A program made the translations under genes and the position numbers. A stretch of 64,000 bases of DNA, taken from the IMG/VR virus record IMGVR_UViG_3300012663_000706; one strand, 5' to 3'. The DNA is from a virus. Lineage: Duplodnaviria > Heunggongvirae > Uroviricota > Caudoviricetes. The number at the start of each line of letters is the position of its first letter. The first letter of the stretch is position 1. The notes under the pieces are model-generated. The model ran no database searches. It was given only the letters and a program-made list of their open reading frames with translations, and was not told the origin of the DNA. Positions 38,791 to 48,422 of this stretch are shown piece after piece.

Positions 38791-39795
38791 TTAATTACTT
38801 GGTTTATTCTTATCGTATGTGATAATATCGTCGGTCAAAAGACCTCTTTTAAATTCAGCCTGATTCTGATCTGTTAAAGTAGATCTAATTTCAAACATTC
38901 GGTTACCAATATGCAATTCTGTATTGCCGGCTGATTTCGATCTAAGTCCAGTTACCGGATTTGGACTATTTGTTCCTATGATATTTCCTTGCGCATCTAC
39001 AATGTTTCCTTGTGCATCGATGATATTTCCTTCTGTATCAGTGATATTTCCTTCAGCGTCGGTCATAGTTTTAATATTACCTCTATTGATTCCTAATACA
39101 TCGCTTAAATCATATCCATCTCCTAAGTCGAATGCCGGTAAGAATGAACTAAGTTCAATAGACATTGTAATTTTGTATCTATTCTTACCGTCAAATGAAT
39201 ATTCAATTGGTCTTTCCTGTGCATAATCATCTGGCATAGCATAATAGGATGCTAACTTGTAGGTTCCCTCGTTTAAGTGGCCAACTTCGACGTTAAAATA
39301 ATTAGATTTATACATCTTTTTAACTAACATCTCTGTTATCTTCAGGGCATCTAGCTGTGATGATACTAGAATTTCAATATCGAATCCCATTGTAATTGGA
39401 ATCATTTCAAATTCTGCAGTATAACCTTGCATTGAACCATTCTCATCGAGTCTTGTATATTGTCCTCTATTTCTACGATTAACTAATTTAGCCGAATCGA
39501 TTTGAATTGAGGTAAGATTTGCAACTCCTCTTGGAATTGATTCATAATTACCATCAGCAAATGCCTTGTTTGGCACGCAATCAGGACCGACTGGAGTCGA
39601 AAATAAAAATGCATCTCTTAAAAATTCATCGTCACCTGTGATTGAGTAATAGAAAGGAACGTCGATAACGACTCTTCTATTCGCTTCTAACTGACGATAA
39701 AAATAAACTTTATTGTTTAAATCAGCCAAGAATCCGATAATAAGATGTCGGATAACGCTGTCGTCTGAATTGTATTTTTCGTTATATGATGCCAT
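38791..39795 (-). CDS. hypothetical protein with short tandem D.EGNI(I/V) repeats (334 aa), possibly structural
   Basis: TDAEGNITDTEGNIIDAQGNIVDAQGNIIG heptad-like repeats, encoded by 21-bp tandem repeats around 38975..39070. Confidence 0.4.
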   Translation of the reverse strand: MASYNEKYNSDDSVIRHLIIGFLADLNNKVYFYRQLEANRRVVIDVPFYYSITGDDEFLRDAFLFSTPVGPDCVPNKAFADGNYESIPRGVANLTSIQIDSAKLVNRRNRGQYTRLDENGSMQGYTAEFEMIPITMGFDIEILVSSQLDALKITEMLVKKMYKSNYFNVEVGHLNEGTYKLASYYAMPDDYAQERPIEYSFDGKNRYKITMSIELSSFLPAFDLGDGYDLSDVLGINRGNIKTMTDAEGNITDTEGNIIDAQGNIVDAQGNIIGTNSPNPVTGLRSKSAGNTELHIGNRMFEIRSTLTDQNQAEFKRGLLTDDIITYDKNKPSN

Positions 39796-39806
39796 TGTAC
39801 TATATA

Positions 39807-41507
39807 TTATTCGATTGTCTCAATATCAAATCTTGAGAATCCGTTTTCTTTATATATGTGTATTTTCTTATCAAACATTTCGTGTGGCAATGGAGTATGA
39901 TTAATCACAAACGTGTTTAAATTACTCTCTTTAATCACCTGACTTAATATCTTTAAAATATTATAGATACCGTCCTGGTCGACAGAACTTAATAACTCAT
40001 CTAAGAATAACAAATTCAGCTGTGGGAATCTTAATTTAAGAATTTTTATAATTGCGATAATTATAATAAAATCAGCCTTTTTTCTCTCTCCAGTCGAAAG
40101 AGTCATTGGATTAATATTCTCTCCTAGGTGATTAATAATACAATCGAACTTATCATCAAATCTAATATGGAATGGCAAGTGCATTGTCGAAGACATTGCA
40201 GCAATATTTGCATTTAGACCTGGTAGAATAGTTTTAATTGCCAAGTTTTTAACACCATCCTCTCCTAATACTGATTCAATAGCTTCTAAGAAATTATAGT
40301 CGGTATTCAGTGATGTTTTGTGATTTGCTTTCTCTAATTCTTTATCTTCAAAATCCTGTATGATTTGTTTTAAATGGTCGAATTCTTTATTATCAGTTAA
40401 ACTATTCTTAATCTTAAGTAATTCATTTTTAAAAGTTTCAATAGATACATTCATACCAGAAACTCGGTCTAGGACTTGACGTTCTTTTGTTCTTAAGCCT
40501 GCTATCTCTTCACCAATATCTCGAATCTCTCCTTCGTGAATTGCCATTGTATCAGGAATTCCAACACATTTATGAGCGATTTCATTTTTTCGGTCAACGT
40601 GGAATTCAGAAGATAGAGGAGCTTCACAAGTAGGACATGCGTTTTTCTCGTATAGTTTTAACTTTCTTTGAAGTTCTTCATACTCATATTTTAATTTAGA
40701 ATAAGAAGATTTCGAAGTATCTAAGTCAGTTGCTTTTGCCGAAATCGACGCTTTTATTTTGCCAATTGCATCTTCAAGTTTCTTTTTGTCAGCTGTCATG
40801 CTAACTAAAGATGCCTTTAACTCTTCGATTTTTTCTTTGCTTTTTTGATCAGATTCCTCTAATAACTGATTCAATTTAATTTGAACAGAAATAACATTCT
40901 CGCTGATTTGTTTTAATTCTCGTTCAAAGGAATCAAGATCGTTTTTAATATTCTTTCTCTCCTCTTTAATTGACCTTTGCATATCATTTAAGATAGAGAA
41001 TCCAAACATTTTATCAATGATTTGTTTCTTATCGCCAGGAGTCATTGTTAGGAATGATTTAAAATCATTAACTGACAAGATAATAATGTTCTTAAATACA
41101 TGGTAGGGAATTCCGTAGATTTCCTCTTCTAAGTAATCTTGAACTGATCTTTTACCAGCTTTGTCATATTCAACTCCATTTAAAGTAACATTAAATACAG
41201 TAGGAGCCAATCCTCTTTCGATAATCACTTCAATATTTTTACATTGAAGAGTTATTTTTACTAAGAGTCCTTTATTAATTCTGTTTGGCAAATCAGCTAA
41301 TTTAACACCCTCTAATTTACCATAGAGTGCATATATAATGGCATTGGCGATAGTAGTTTTACCATCGCCATTTTTACCAGTCGTTAAATATAGTTCTGCT
41401 TTTTCTCCAGTAAGTGTTAACGTCTGTGTCTTATTACCGTAGCTTGCAAAATTCTTAAATTCTATTTCTTTTATTTTCATTATGAAATATCGTAGTTGTA
41501 TGCACAT
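39807..41507 (-). CDS. SbcC/Rad50-like recombination ATPase (T4 gp46-like, 566 aa)
   Basis: Walker A GKNGDGKTT, a central coiled coil with a CPTC zinc hook, ABC signature LSTGERK and Walker B LLFLDE. Confidence 0.8.
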   Translation of the reverse strand: MCIQLRYFIMKIKEIEFKNFASYGNKTQTLTLTGEKAELYLTTGKNGDGKTTIANAIIYALYGKLEGVKLADLPNRINKGLLVKITLQCKNIEVIIERGLAPTVFNVTLNGVEYDKAGKRSVQDYLEEEIYGIPYHVFKNIIILSVNDFKSFLTMTPGDKKQIIDKMFGFSILNDMQRSIKEERKNIKNDLDSFERELKQISENVISVQIKLNQLLEESDQKSKEKIEELKASLVSMTADKKKLEDAIGKIKASISAKATDLDTSKSSYSKLKYEYEELQRKLKLYEKNACPTCEAPLSSEFHVDRKNEIAHKCVGIPDTMAIHEGEIRDIGEEIAGLRTKERQVLDRVSGMNVSIETFKNELLKIKNSLTDNKEFDHLKQIIQDFEDKELEKANHKTSLNTDYNFLEAIESVLGEDGVKNLAIKTILPGLNANIAAMSSTMHLPFHIRFDDKFDCIINHLGENINPMTLSTGERKKADFIIIIAIIKILKLRFPQLNLLFLDELLSSVDQDGIYNILKILSQVIKESNLNTFVINHTPLPHEMFDKKIHIYKENGFSRFDIETIE

Positions 41508-42592
41508 TGGTCGTGCAATTGTTTAAGTCTAGCCTTGATTTGAGTTTTCATATCGTCATCGTAGTTTAAACCTTCGACGTATAAATTACACAAATGAAGT
41601 ATATTGTAATTCTTGTATAGATCCTCAATTTCGTCTAAGTCATAGAAATCTTTGTCTAAGAAGTTTTCCTCATCATAAATATTTGGTTCTATTTTTCGAC
41701 TAATCTTTTGAATCTTATTGATTAATTTAGACAGTGAATTACTAGCAGCAATATTAGATGGTACATATAAATCAACAAAATTATTTTCAATTTCCTTTTT
41801 AAAGTCTCCTAGTGGAGTATTATAAAGATTTGCTAAATTATATTTTACAAACTTTGGTGAAGTTGAATTCTCAAAGAATGTTTCTTCCATTGTTTCTAAG
41901 TCAACCAAATCTATTCCTTTTGCATTACTTGCATCTGATCTAGTCAATTGGTATGGAGTACCTACCATTCTTAATTTACCCTTCTTTTGTCGGTAATGAA
42001 TATGTCCTGAGTATACTGCCTTGTACCCTTGGTAGGTCTCAATAGAATTACCATGTTGATTATTAACCTTTGCATTAAGTTTAATCCCAGTGACCTCAGA
42101 ATGACAGAACACTATATCTATTGATGAATACTTAGATAGAGTTTCAGCTTCGTGATCTGCGTCTCTTCTCCATGGCATTAATAGGATATTCTTGTCGTTC
42201 CATTTAAATGTTTTACATTTTTTGTAGATACCTACATTTGGAATCCATTTCAATGTATCAATTGATGTGATGTCATTTGATTTCTTAGCCCAAATATCGT
42301 GGTTACCGCAGATAATATGAACTGGCATAATCTTGCCCAGTCTTTCAAATAAATCGACAGCGTAGTGTAATACCTTTAAGTTAATACTCTGTCTATTATC
42401 AAAAACATCTCCAACCTGAACAAGAACATCGCCTTCACGAAAATTCTCTTTCAAGATTGGAATAAAAACTTTATCGTAATATTCTTGTTGTATCTCAAGC
42501 CATTCTAAAGAATTTGACCTGACTCCAAGGTGCATGTCACCTAGAATCCAGATTCTTTTTACTGGCTTTTTTAAGATTTTTTCTTCGATCAT
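41480..42592 (-). CDS. SbcD/Mre11-like nuclease (T4 gp47-like, 370 aa)
   Basis: Metallophosphoesterase motifs ILGDMHLG, GDVFD, GNHD and GHIH. Adjacent to the gp46-like gene. Confidence 0.8.
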   Translation of the reverse strand: MIEEKILKKPVKRIWILGDMHLGVRSNSLEWLEIQQEYYDKVFIPILKENFREGDVLVQVGDVFDNRQSINLKVLHYAVDLFERLGKIMPVHIICGNHDIWAKKSNDITSIDTLKWIPNVGIYKKCKTFKWNDKNILLMPWRRDADHEAETLSKYSSIDIVFCHSEVTGIKLNAKVNNQHGNSIETYQGYKAVYSGHIHYRQKKGKLRMVGTPYQLTRSDASNAKGIDLVDLETMEETFFENSTSPKFVKYNLANLYNTPLGDFKKEIENNFVDLYVPSNIAASNSLSKLINKIQKISRKIEPNIYDEENFLDKDFYDLDEIEDLYKNYNILHLCNLYVEGLNYDDDMKTQIKARLKQLHDQCAYNYDIS

Positions 42593-43032
42593 TAAAACAA
42601 ACGGTTTATTTTTTTACGCTTCAGTATATTTGTTCGGTTGTCTAATTCTTGGATTAGTTCCTCTTTGAATTTGTTACCGAGCGAGGAATAAAATTTACTA
42701 GGATGGACATTGAAATAATCGCATGTTTCGCTGAATATTTCAATTAATGAATATTTTTTAACTAGTTCTCCAGCGACATATTCATAGATCTCATTAATAT
42801 CTAACTTCTTTAATTTCTTAGTGTCGTTCATTTCGTCTAAGTCATTAAATTGTTTAAATCTTGATGCAAGAATTACTTCGTGTATATCTCTTCGAACCAT
42901 GTCTAGTTCGATTTTCTCGTCTTCTGATCTATCATCAGAATATTGTTTGGAAACTTCAAAGGAAATTGAACCGTTAAGTTCGAATTCCGAGCTCTCAAAC
43001 GTATTATTAAATATTTTATCGACTTTTTGCAT
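42592..43032 (-). CDS. hypothetical protein (146 aa)
   Basis: ORF coupled to its neighbours by start-stop overlaps. Confidence 0.4.
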   Translation of the reverse strand: MQKVDKIFNNTFESSEFELNGSISFEVSKQYSDDRSEDEKIELDMVRRDIHEVILASRFKQFNDLDEMNDTKKLKKLDINEIYEYVAGELVKKYSLIEIFSETCDYFNVHPSKFYSSLGNKFKEELIQELDNRTNILKRKKINRLF

Positions 43033-44339
43033 TATAAGGAATGTATGTTTGAATTTGTAGTTTCGTCGGTTTCTGTTAATCTCATGTACGTATAATTGAT
43101 ATTCAATTTACATTTCATTCCTTTTCCTTCTCCGTCGCGAATTTTTAATACTTTGAGCCAGTATTCGTAACTAGCTCTCATTATATCATCTTGAATAATT
43201 CCAAGCATAACATCTGCGGTATGCGAAAGACCAGCTGATTCTGATACATCTCCCATTCCAATATCAGTAGAATTATATCCACTTCTAGTGATTTGGGTTG
43301 CTGTAACTATCAACCAATGATTTCTAACGCCCATCGCTCTTAAATCTTCAGCGATTTGTTTGATTTTCAAGTACGTATTTTCAGAGTTTGGATTTCTATA
43401 ATTTGACAAGATATTAATATAGTCAATTACTACCGCTCCTAATTTAATTTTCTTTTCTTCTTCGATTTGTTTTAGATATGCTTCGATATCTGGTACAGTT
43501 GCTTGAGAAGTTGGAAATTGTTTAACAAATAATTGGCCAGGAGGTGTTAATCCATCTCCAACATTTTCTAATCTTCTGCGAATATAATCAGTGTTCTTTG
43601 ATTTATCATCATATTCAACCATTGGAATTGTTAACAAATTAGAACCAATCCTTCTCATAAATTTATAAGCTGCCATCTCTGCAGTAATTACTGCTGTGTT
43701 GGTTCCCATTTTAACAAAGTGAGCTGCATCATTTGCTAAGAAGATTGATTTACCAATGTTTTGTTCTCCAACATAGACTGTAAGGGTTCCTGATTTATCA
43801 TAACCACCATTTAGAATTCTGTCTAAGAAAACATAAGGGGTTGGGAATTTATCAGTCTCATCGTATTTGTGATCTTCTGGATTAAAGAATTCTAATCCAA
43901 TATCAGAATTAAATACTAATGAGTTTCTATCATTAATTAAAGTTTTAACTTTAGCAATAATAGAATCAGCATTTTCTGGAGTTACATTTGTAGATTTAAT
44001 ATATTCAATAGTATCAACTAATGTACAATCAAAGTTTCTCCATTTAATCCAGGCTTCTGCTGTTGATGTTAACCATTCTTCGTCGTATTGTTTTAAATCA
44101 GAAGAGTAAATCATATCAACCATATCTGGATCGATTTGTTTACTAATCTTATTAGTTAACAATTTCATTTGCTCAGCGCTTGGAGCTTCATGAAAGCGGC
44201 CATAGAACTTTGTTGCAAGATAATGCAAACTGTCAATATCTTCAGATGTGTAAAAGCCTTTCTTAATTGCTTCTAAGTATTTAGGCTTCTGAAGAGAAAG
44301 CTTAAAGAATATTTTTTCAAAGTCCTGTCCGAAATTCAT
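43032..44339 (-). CDS. DnaB-family replicative helicase (gp41-like, 435 aa)
   Basis: Walker A VGEQNIGKSIFLANDAAH, Walker B AVVIDYIN and a RecA-like C-terminal domain. Confidence 0.75.
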   Translation of the reverse strand: MNFGQDFEKIFFKLSLQKPKYLEAIKKGFYTSEDIDSLHYLATKFYGRFHEAPSAEQMKLLTNKISKQIDPDMVDMIYSSDLKQYDEEWLTSTAEAWIKWRNFDCTLVDTIEYIKSTNVTPENADSIIAKVKTLINDRNSLVFNSDIGLEFFNPEDHKYDETDKFPTPYVFLDRILNGGYDKSGTLTVYVGEQNIGKSIFLANDAAHFVKMGTNTAVITAEMAAYKFMRRIGSNLLTIPMVEYDDKSKNTDYIRRRLENVGDGLTPPGQLFVKQFPTSQATVPDIEAYLKQIEEEKKIKLGAVVIDYINILSNYRNPNSENTYLKIKQIAEDLRAMGVRNHWLIVTATQITRSGYNSTDIGMGDVSESAGLSHTADVMLGIIQDDIMRASYEYWLKVLKIRDGEGKGMKCKLNINYTYMRLTETDETTNSNIHSL

Positions 44340-44647
44340 ATGAATGGGTTTATAAGTATTGTATAAGCTTCCTTACCTTCTGTTTCACAGGTACAGTCAA
44401 TCAATCCTAGTTCGATTGCTCTTTTTAATCCGCGCTCAGATTGTTCCTCTTTTCCTTTGGCATGATAATTTATCAGTGCTGCTTTTGTAAAAGAAGCGCC
44501 GTGCCTGTCAGGACTTTTAATTGCTCTTTGAATGAAGGCGTAAACTATATCGAATGCATCCGGAAAATCTGGAAAATCTTGTTCAATTCCTAAGATATAC
44601 TTGATTGGCAACTTGTCTTCTTCAATTTTGTAGACATTTAGTTGCAT
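44336..44647 (-). CDS. hypothetical protein (103 aa; gp40-like position between uvsX and the helicase)
   Basis: Matches the T4 uvsX-40-41 synteny by position only. Confidence 0.35.
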   Translation of the reverse strand: MQLNVYKIEEDKLPIKYILGIEQDFPDFPDAFDIVYAFIQRAIKSPDRHGASFTKAALINYHAKGKEEQSERGLKRAIELGLIDCTCETEGKEAYTILINPFI

Positions 44648-44648
44648 A

Positions 44649-45764
44649 TTAATCTTCGTCTTGTTCCATTACGTCATCGATATCAAAACCGTCTTCGCTG
44701 GATGAATTGTAATTAAATATTGGTTGGATATATTTTTCGATTCTTTCTAAAACCTGTTGATTGAAAACCTTTTCAGTAAAGAATTCCTTGTTTGGAACTG
44801 CTTCGTCTAAATGCTCACAAATCCATGTTTTAGCAGTTGACTTTGGAGTTTTAATTTTAGTTTTAGGATCGATAATTCCTCTTGTAATTCCACAGATTTC
44901 CCATGTTGCGTATTGCTCTAATCCTACAAAACGATTCATACCTTTACTAAAGTCCAAATGGAATTTAATCGGTGTTGGTTTTGCAAAACGGTTTTTAGCA
45001 GGCTTAGCAGTTACAATAATACCAACTTTTTCTGCTCCATCTTTTAATTGAGCTTTGTTCAACATCATTACAATAGATGCTGCATATTCTGGTCCAGTTC
45101 CACCACCTGCAATTTGTTGAGGTATGAAAGACTGAGATTGATATGTGTGGTTAGTGAATAGGAAAGGAATCTTTAAATCAGCCATTGGAGTCATAATAAT
45201 TCTAAAGATTGATTTTAATACTTTAGAACGAGTCATATCTGCTTTGTCTGATCCGCTTGCTGCATCATCGATTTCTTTTTGAGTTGCTAAGTTACCAGCC
45301 GAATCTAAGATAATCATAATCTTTGGGATTTCTGCGCCAGCTCTTTTAGCATCCTGCATTTTTTTGGTGATTGATGTAACTGAAGTTCTAAACTCTTGTA
45401 CAGTATTCACTGGTTGGTAGTTTACTTTATTAACATCAATATCAAATTTTTGCATTAAGTCTCTATCAACTGCTGCTTCAGAGTCATAATAGATTACCAT
45501 ATAGCCTCGGTTGATTGCTTCTCTTACAGTATTCAACATTAAGAATGTTTTACCTGTACCAGAAGGTCCTGCTATCGAGCAAGATCTGTTGTTCGGCCAT
45601 CCTTTAAATAAACTACCAGAAATACAGGCATTTAGGTGCCAGTTTCCAGAGTCGATCCATTCAGTTACTTCAGAGAATCCAGAGGTAGCCATGATGGATC
45701 CTAGTGGGTTTAGTGTTGCTAATTCGGCGTTTAAGTCGTCGAATGTAAATGTTTTTTTAGCCAT
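44649..45764 (-). CDS. RecA-like recombinase (UvsX-like, 371 aa)
   Basis: Walker A SIAGPSGTGKT, a RecA fold and a Walker B region IMIILDSAG. Confidence 0.8.
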   Translation of the reverse strand: MAKKTFTFDDLNAELATLNPLGSIMATSGFSEVTEWIDSGNWHLNACISGSLFKGWPNNRSCSIAGPSGTGKTFLMLNTVREAINRGYMVIYYDSEAAVDRDLMQKFDIDVNKVNYQPVNTVQEFRTSVTSITKKMQDAKRAGAEIPKIMIILDSAGNLATQKEIDDAASGSDKADMTRSKVLKSIFRIIMTPMADLKIPFLFTNHTYQSQSFIPQQIAGGGTGPEYAASIVMMLNKAQLKDGAEKVGIIVTAKPAKNRFAKPTPIKFHLDFSKGMNRFVGLEQYATWEICGITRGIIDPKTKIKTPKSTAKTWICEHLDEAVPNKEFFTEKVFNQQVLERIEKYIQPIFNYNSSSEDGFDIDDVMEQDED

Positions 45765-45957
45765 TGTTTTCGTTTTCTATATTGTTAAAAAGCTCTTCTT
45801 CCTGAGATCTAAGTTGTTGAATTTCTTCAATAGAATCAGTGAGCTCTTGTTTTAAAATCTCCATACGTAGTTTTAAGCTTCCAACTCGGTCATATAGGGC
45901 TTTGTATTTTCCTACTAATTCGAGTTGTTCTTCCGTAAGTTGTGAAGTATCAATCAT
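45757..45957 (-). CDS. hypothetical coiled-coil protein (66 aa)
   Basis: ORF only. Confidence 0.35.
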   Translation of the reverse strand: MIDTSQLTEEQLELVGKYKALYDRVGSLKLRMEILKQELTDSIEEIQQLRSQEEELFNNIENENNG

Positions 45958-46105
45958 TATTTTTAGGTTTGTTTTGTTTTTCTGCTTCTTTCCTAGAAGC
46001 TTCTAAATTTAATATGAAAGCCCTGATAGCTTTACCAAGTTCCATATCATTTGGGTTCTTTTTGACTAACTCTTCTAAGAGTTCAATTGTCTTTTTGTTT
46101 TCCAT
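45950..46105 (-). CDS. small helical protein (50 aa; MENKKTIELLEELVKKNPNDMELGKAIRAFILNLEASRKEAEKQNKPKNND)
   Basis: Fills a 125-nt gap. Its stop overlaps the next start (ATGATTGA). It is too short for the ORF track. Confidence 0.4.
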   Translation of the reverse strand: MENKKTIELLEELVKKNPNDMELGKAIRAFILNLEASRKEAEKQNKPKNND

Positions 46106-46319
46106 TGTCTTTTAAATTTAATTTGCGCAATTCTCCTACGATATCAGACATTCCTGATAATACGATTGCTGGAATAGCAAATACCCAAAAGAATGCAGAT
46201 CCTAAGTTAAAAAATGCCAATATCCAAAGTACTAAGCTTTGCGCTTCTAAATAATTTTTACTAAGGAATTTGCAAAATGCGATAGTAAAGTCTCCTATGT
46301 TTGTTAAAATGTTTTTCAT
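46083..46319 (-). CDS. small membrane protein (78 aa)
   Basis: Two predicted TM helices. Confidence 0.4.
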   Translation of the reverse strand: MKNILTNIGDFTIAFCKFLSKNYLEAQSLVLWILAFFNLGSAFFWVFAIPAIVLSGMSDIVGELRKLNLKDNGKQKDN

Positions 46320-46322
46320 GAG

Positions 46323-47519
46323 TTAAAATAATGATGATGAATAAATTAAGTTTCTATTTAATGTTTGTAAACCAATCGACTGAAGTATTCTGTTCAATGG
46401 ATCGATCATTGTTTTTTCAAATTGTATTTCATAATCTACTGGAGGTGCTATCTCATAAGGATGGTCTCCTGGAAAGTATGCGAACATTTCGCAAGTTCCG
46501 TGTATGCAATGATACAATTTAAGTTTTTCTCCATTACCAATCAACTTGTACTTATTTTTATACTTTCCATTGTTGTTTAATAGGTAATTGTAGAATCCTG
46601 CGGCTTTTACATTCGGTGGACATTTAGATCCATACTGGAATTCGATATGATCGTCGACAATATATTTCTCAATATTGTTTGTTCTCTTATTGAATGTAAT
46701 ATCATCAATATCTGCCATTTTAAATTCTTTCTTAGTCTTTTTTAGGAATGTTACCAATTTACTAAGAGTTTCTGCATTAGGTTTTTCAGTAAAAAGTAAT
46801 TGAATTACTTCAGTTAATTTTTTACGGATAAATGTAGGAGAAGAAGATTGAATTGAATCAAAGCCGACAACTTTTACTTTTTTCAAAGGTTTGTGGCGTT
46901 CATGTCCTTTTAGTTTATCATCCCATGCAAGTTCTTGGATGTATTTCTTTTTGGCCATCCAAATACCATTATATGCAATCGATTCAAGTTCAAATTCTAA
47001 GAAAGAATCTGTGTTTGTGTTCTCTGCATACTTATCTAAGGCCTTTACAATATACGCCTTGATACGCATATTATAGATTGCTAAGATAAATGTAACAATA
47101 TCCATTTGTTCGCCATGCCATTCGATTGATTCGTACATTTCTTGAAACTGAACATAGTTCGAATCAGTATCAATGTAAATTACGGCTTCTTTGTGGATTG
47201 CTTTCTTAACGGAAATATTCAGCTTCTTGTGAACTTCAGTATCTTTAATAAAGAATTCTTGGAAATACTTATTAAGTATCTTTTCAGAATACAGAATCGC
47301 ATTTTGTCCTTGTAATGTAATAGACTCAGCGATGTTAATATTAAAGAAGTGAAACCACTTGTTACCAAAGGCTCCATAGATCGAGTTTAACGTTACTTTT
47401 ACAGCTTGCTCGTAAGCTGTGAACTTGGCCGACTCATTTTTGTAATAAGTGGCCAAGTCTTGAAGCTGTTCTTTTGTAAGTTCACTCTCAGGTTTCTTTA
47501 ATAGTTCATCAATTGTCAT
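46323..47519 (-). CDS. family-B DNA polymerase, C-terminal fragment (motifs B and C; 398 aa)
   Basis: Motif B KVTLNSIYGAFG and motif C YIDTDS. The start is translationally coupled (TAATG) to the upstream 248-aa gene. Confidence 0.8.
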   Translation of the reverse strand: MTIDELLKKPESELTKEQLQDLATYYKNESAKFTAYEQAVKVTLNSIYGAFGNKWFHFFNINIAESITLQGQNAILYSEKILNKYFQEFFIKDTEVHKKLNISVKKAIHKEAVIYIDTDSNYVQFQEMYESIEWHGEQMDIVTFILAIYNMRIKAYIVKALDKYAENTNTDSFLEFELESIAYNGIWMAKKKYIQELAWDDKLKGHERHKPLKKVKVVGFDSIQSSSPTFIRKKLTEVIQLLFTEKPNAETLSKLVTFLKKTKKEFKMADIDDITFNKRTNNIEKYIVDDHIEFQYGSKCPPNVKAAGFYNYLLNNNGKYKNKYKLIGNGEKLKLYHCIHGTCEMFAYFPGDHPYEIAPPVDYEIQFEKTMIDPLNRILQSIGLQTLNRNLIYSSSLF

Positions 47520-48265
47520 TAATCGTTGGTTTGACAGGTTGCAATTGTTAACAATGTAGCTGATTCAGTTGAACGTAATACTACGCGATTATTAAAGACA
47601 TAAGCCTTATAATCTTCTTTGTCCAATAGAGCCAAATACTTTTTGTAAACAGTTACGCTTCCTTTGTCTCCTTCGAAATCAGGACTAACTTGCTTGCTAT
47701 AAGATTTACCACTAATTTTAACACCAGAATCAGATGCTACGATACTAAATGTTTCATCCTTATCAAGATTGAATAAAGATTTGATTTTTCCAGTCTCTAA
47801 ATTACTTAATTCAAATACGAAATCTGAACCTTCAGTATTAAAAATACCTTGTAATTGTGATTCTGTTAAATCTTTGTAACCTAATGACGGTTCAGAGCAA
47901 GACAATGTAATTTCTAAATCTTCATTAAAGATTTTAAAACTAGTTGCTACGCAATCTTCGTCATTCTCGATGAATTCGATTTCACCTTGAATTGTTTGAT
48001 AGTCGAATTGTTTGAAGGCTTCAATTAATTTAGAAGCATCAAAGAAAGCAACTTTCAATTCTTTCTCTGGAGCGGTTCCAGCTACTGCGAAAATCTCTCC
48101 TAATGGAAGAGCATTGTGTTTTACAGCATCACGCTGTGGAAGGTAAGCTGATGAAACTACTTGATCGCCTTTAATCTTGAAATAGATGAAGGAGTCAATT
48201 AGTTTTAATCGGTTTACGAAACCAATAAAATTGTTTTGGTCTACTTTGTTAATTTGTAATTTCAT
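47519..48265 (-). CDS. hypothetical protein, possibly sliding clamp (gp45-like) by size and context (248 aa)
   Basis: Lies between the nrdA terminator and the polymerase C-terminal fragment. No motif supports it. Confidence 0.3.
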   Translation of the reverse strand: MKLQINKVDQNNFIGFVNRLKLIDSFIYFKIKGDQVVSSAYLPQRDAVKHNALPLGEIFAVAGTAPEKELKVAFFDASKLIEAFKQFDYQTIQGEIEFIENDEDCVATSFKIFNEDLEITLSCSEPSLGYKDLTESQLQGIFNTEGSDFVFELSNLETGKIKSLFNLDKDETFSIVASDSGVKISGKSYSKQVSPDFEGDKGSVTVYKKYLALLDKEDYKAYVFNNRVVLRSTESATLLTIATCQTND

Positions 48266-48330
48266 GTGTTTGAACTTTTTAGAAACTTATTGTTATGATA
48301 ATTATATAGGCAGAGCTGGTTTTGTTTCAT

Positions 48331-48363
48331 AAAAAAGGGCAAGGAGTAGCGAATTCCTTGCCC
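48331..48363 (-). terminator. rho-independent terminator after nrdA
   Basis: GGGCAAGGA-9 nt-TCCTTGCCC followed by TTTTTT on the minus strand. Confidence 0.7.
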
Positions 48364-48422
48364 ATACCGAAAACTAGTTCGGGTCCTAAGGGTGGTCTTC
48401 AAACCACACCTTTATTTTTTAT

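Noticed and set aside
48364-48422. Possible second hairpin or small RNA between the nrdA terminator and nrdA
   Set aside because: It has only a 4-5 bp stem (GTGG/CCAC) and no T-run. It is more likely a leader or spacer.
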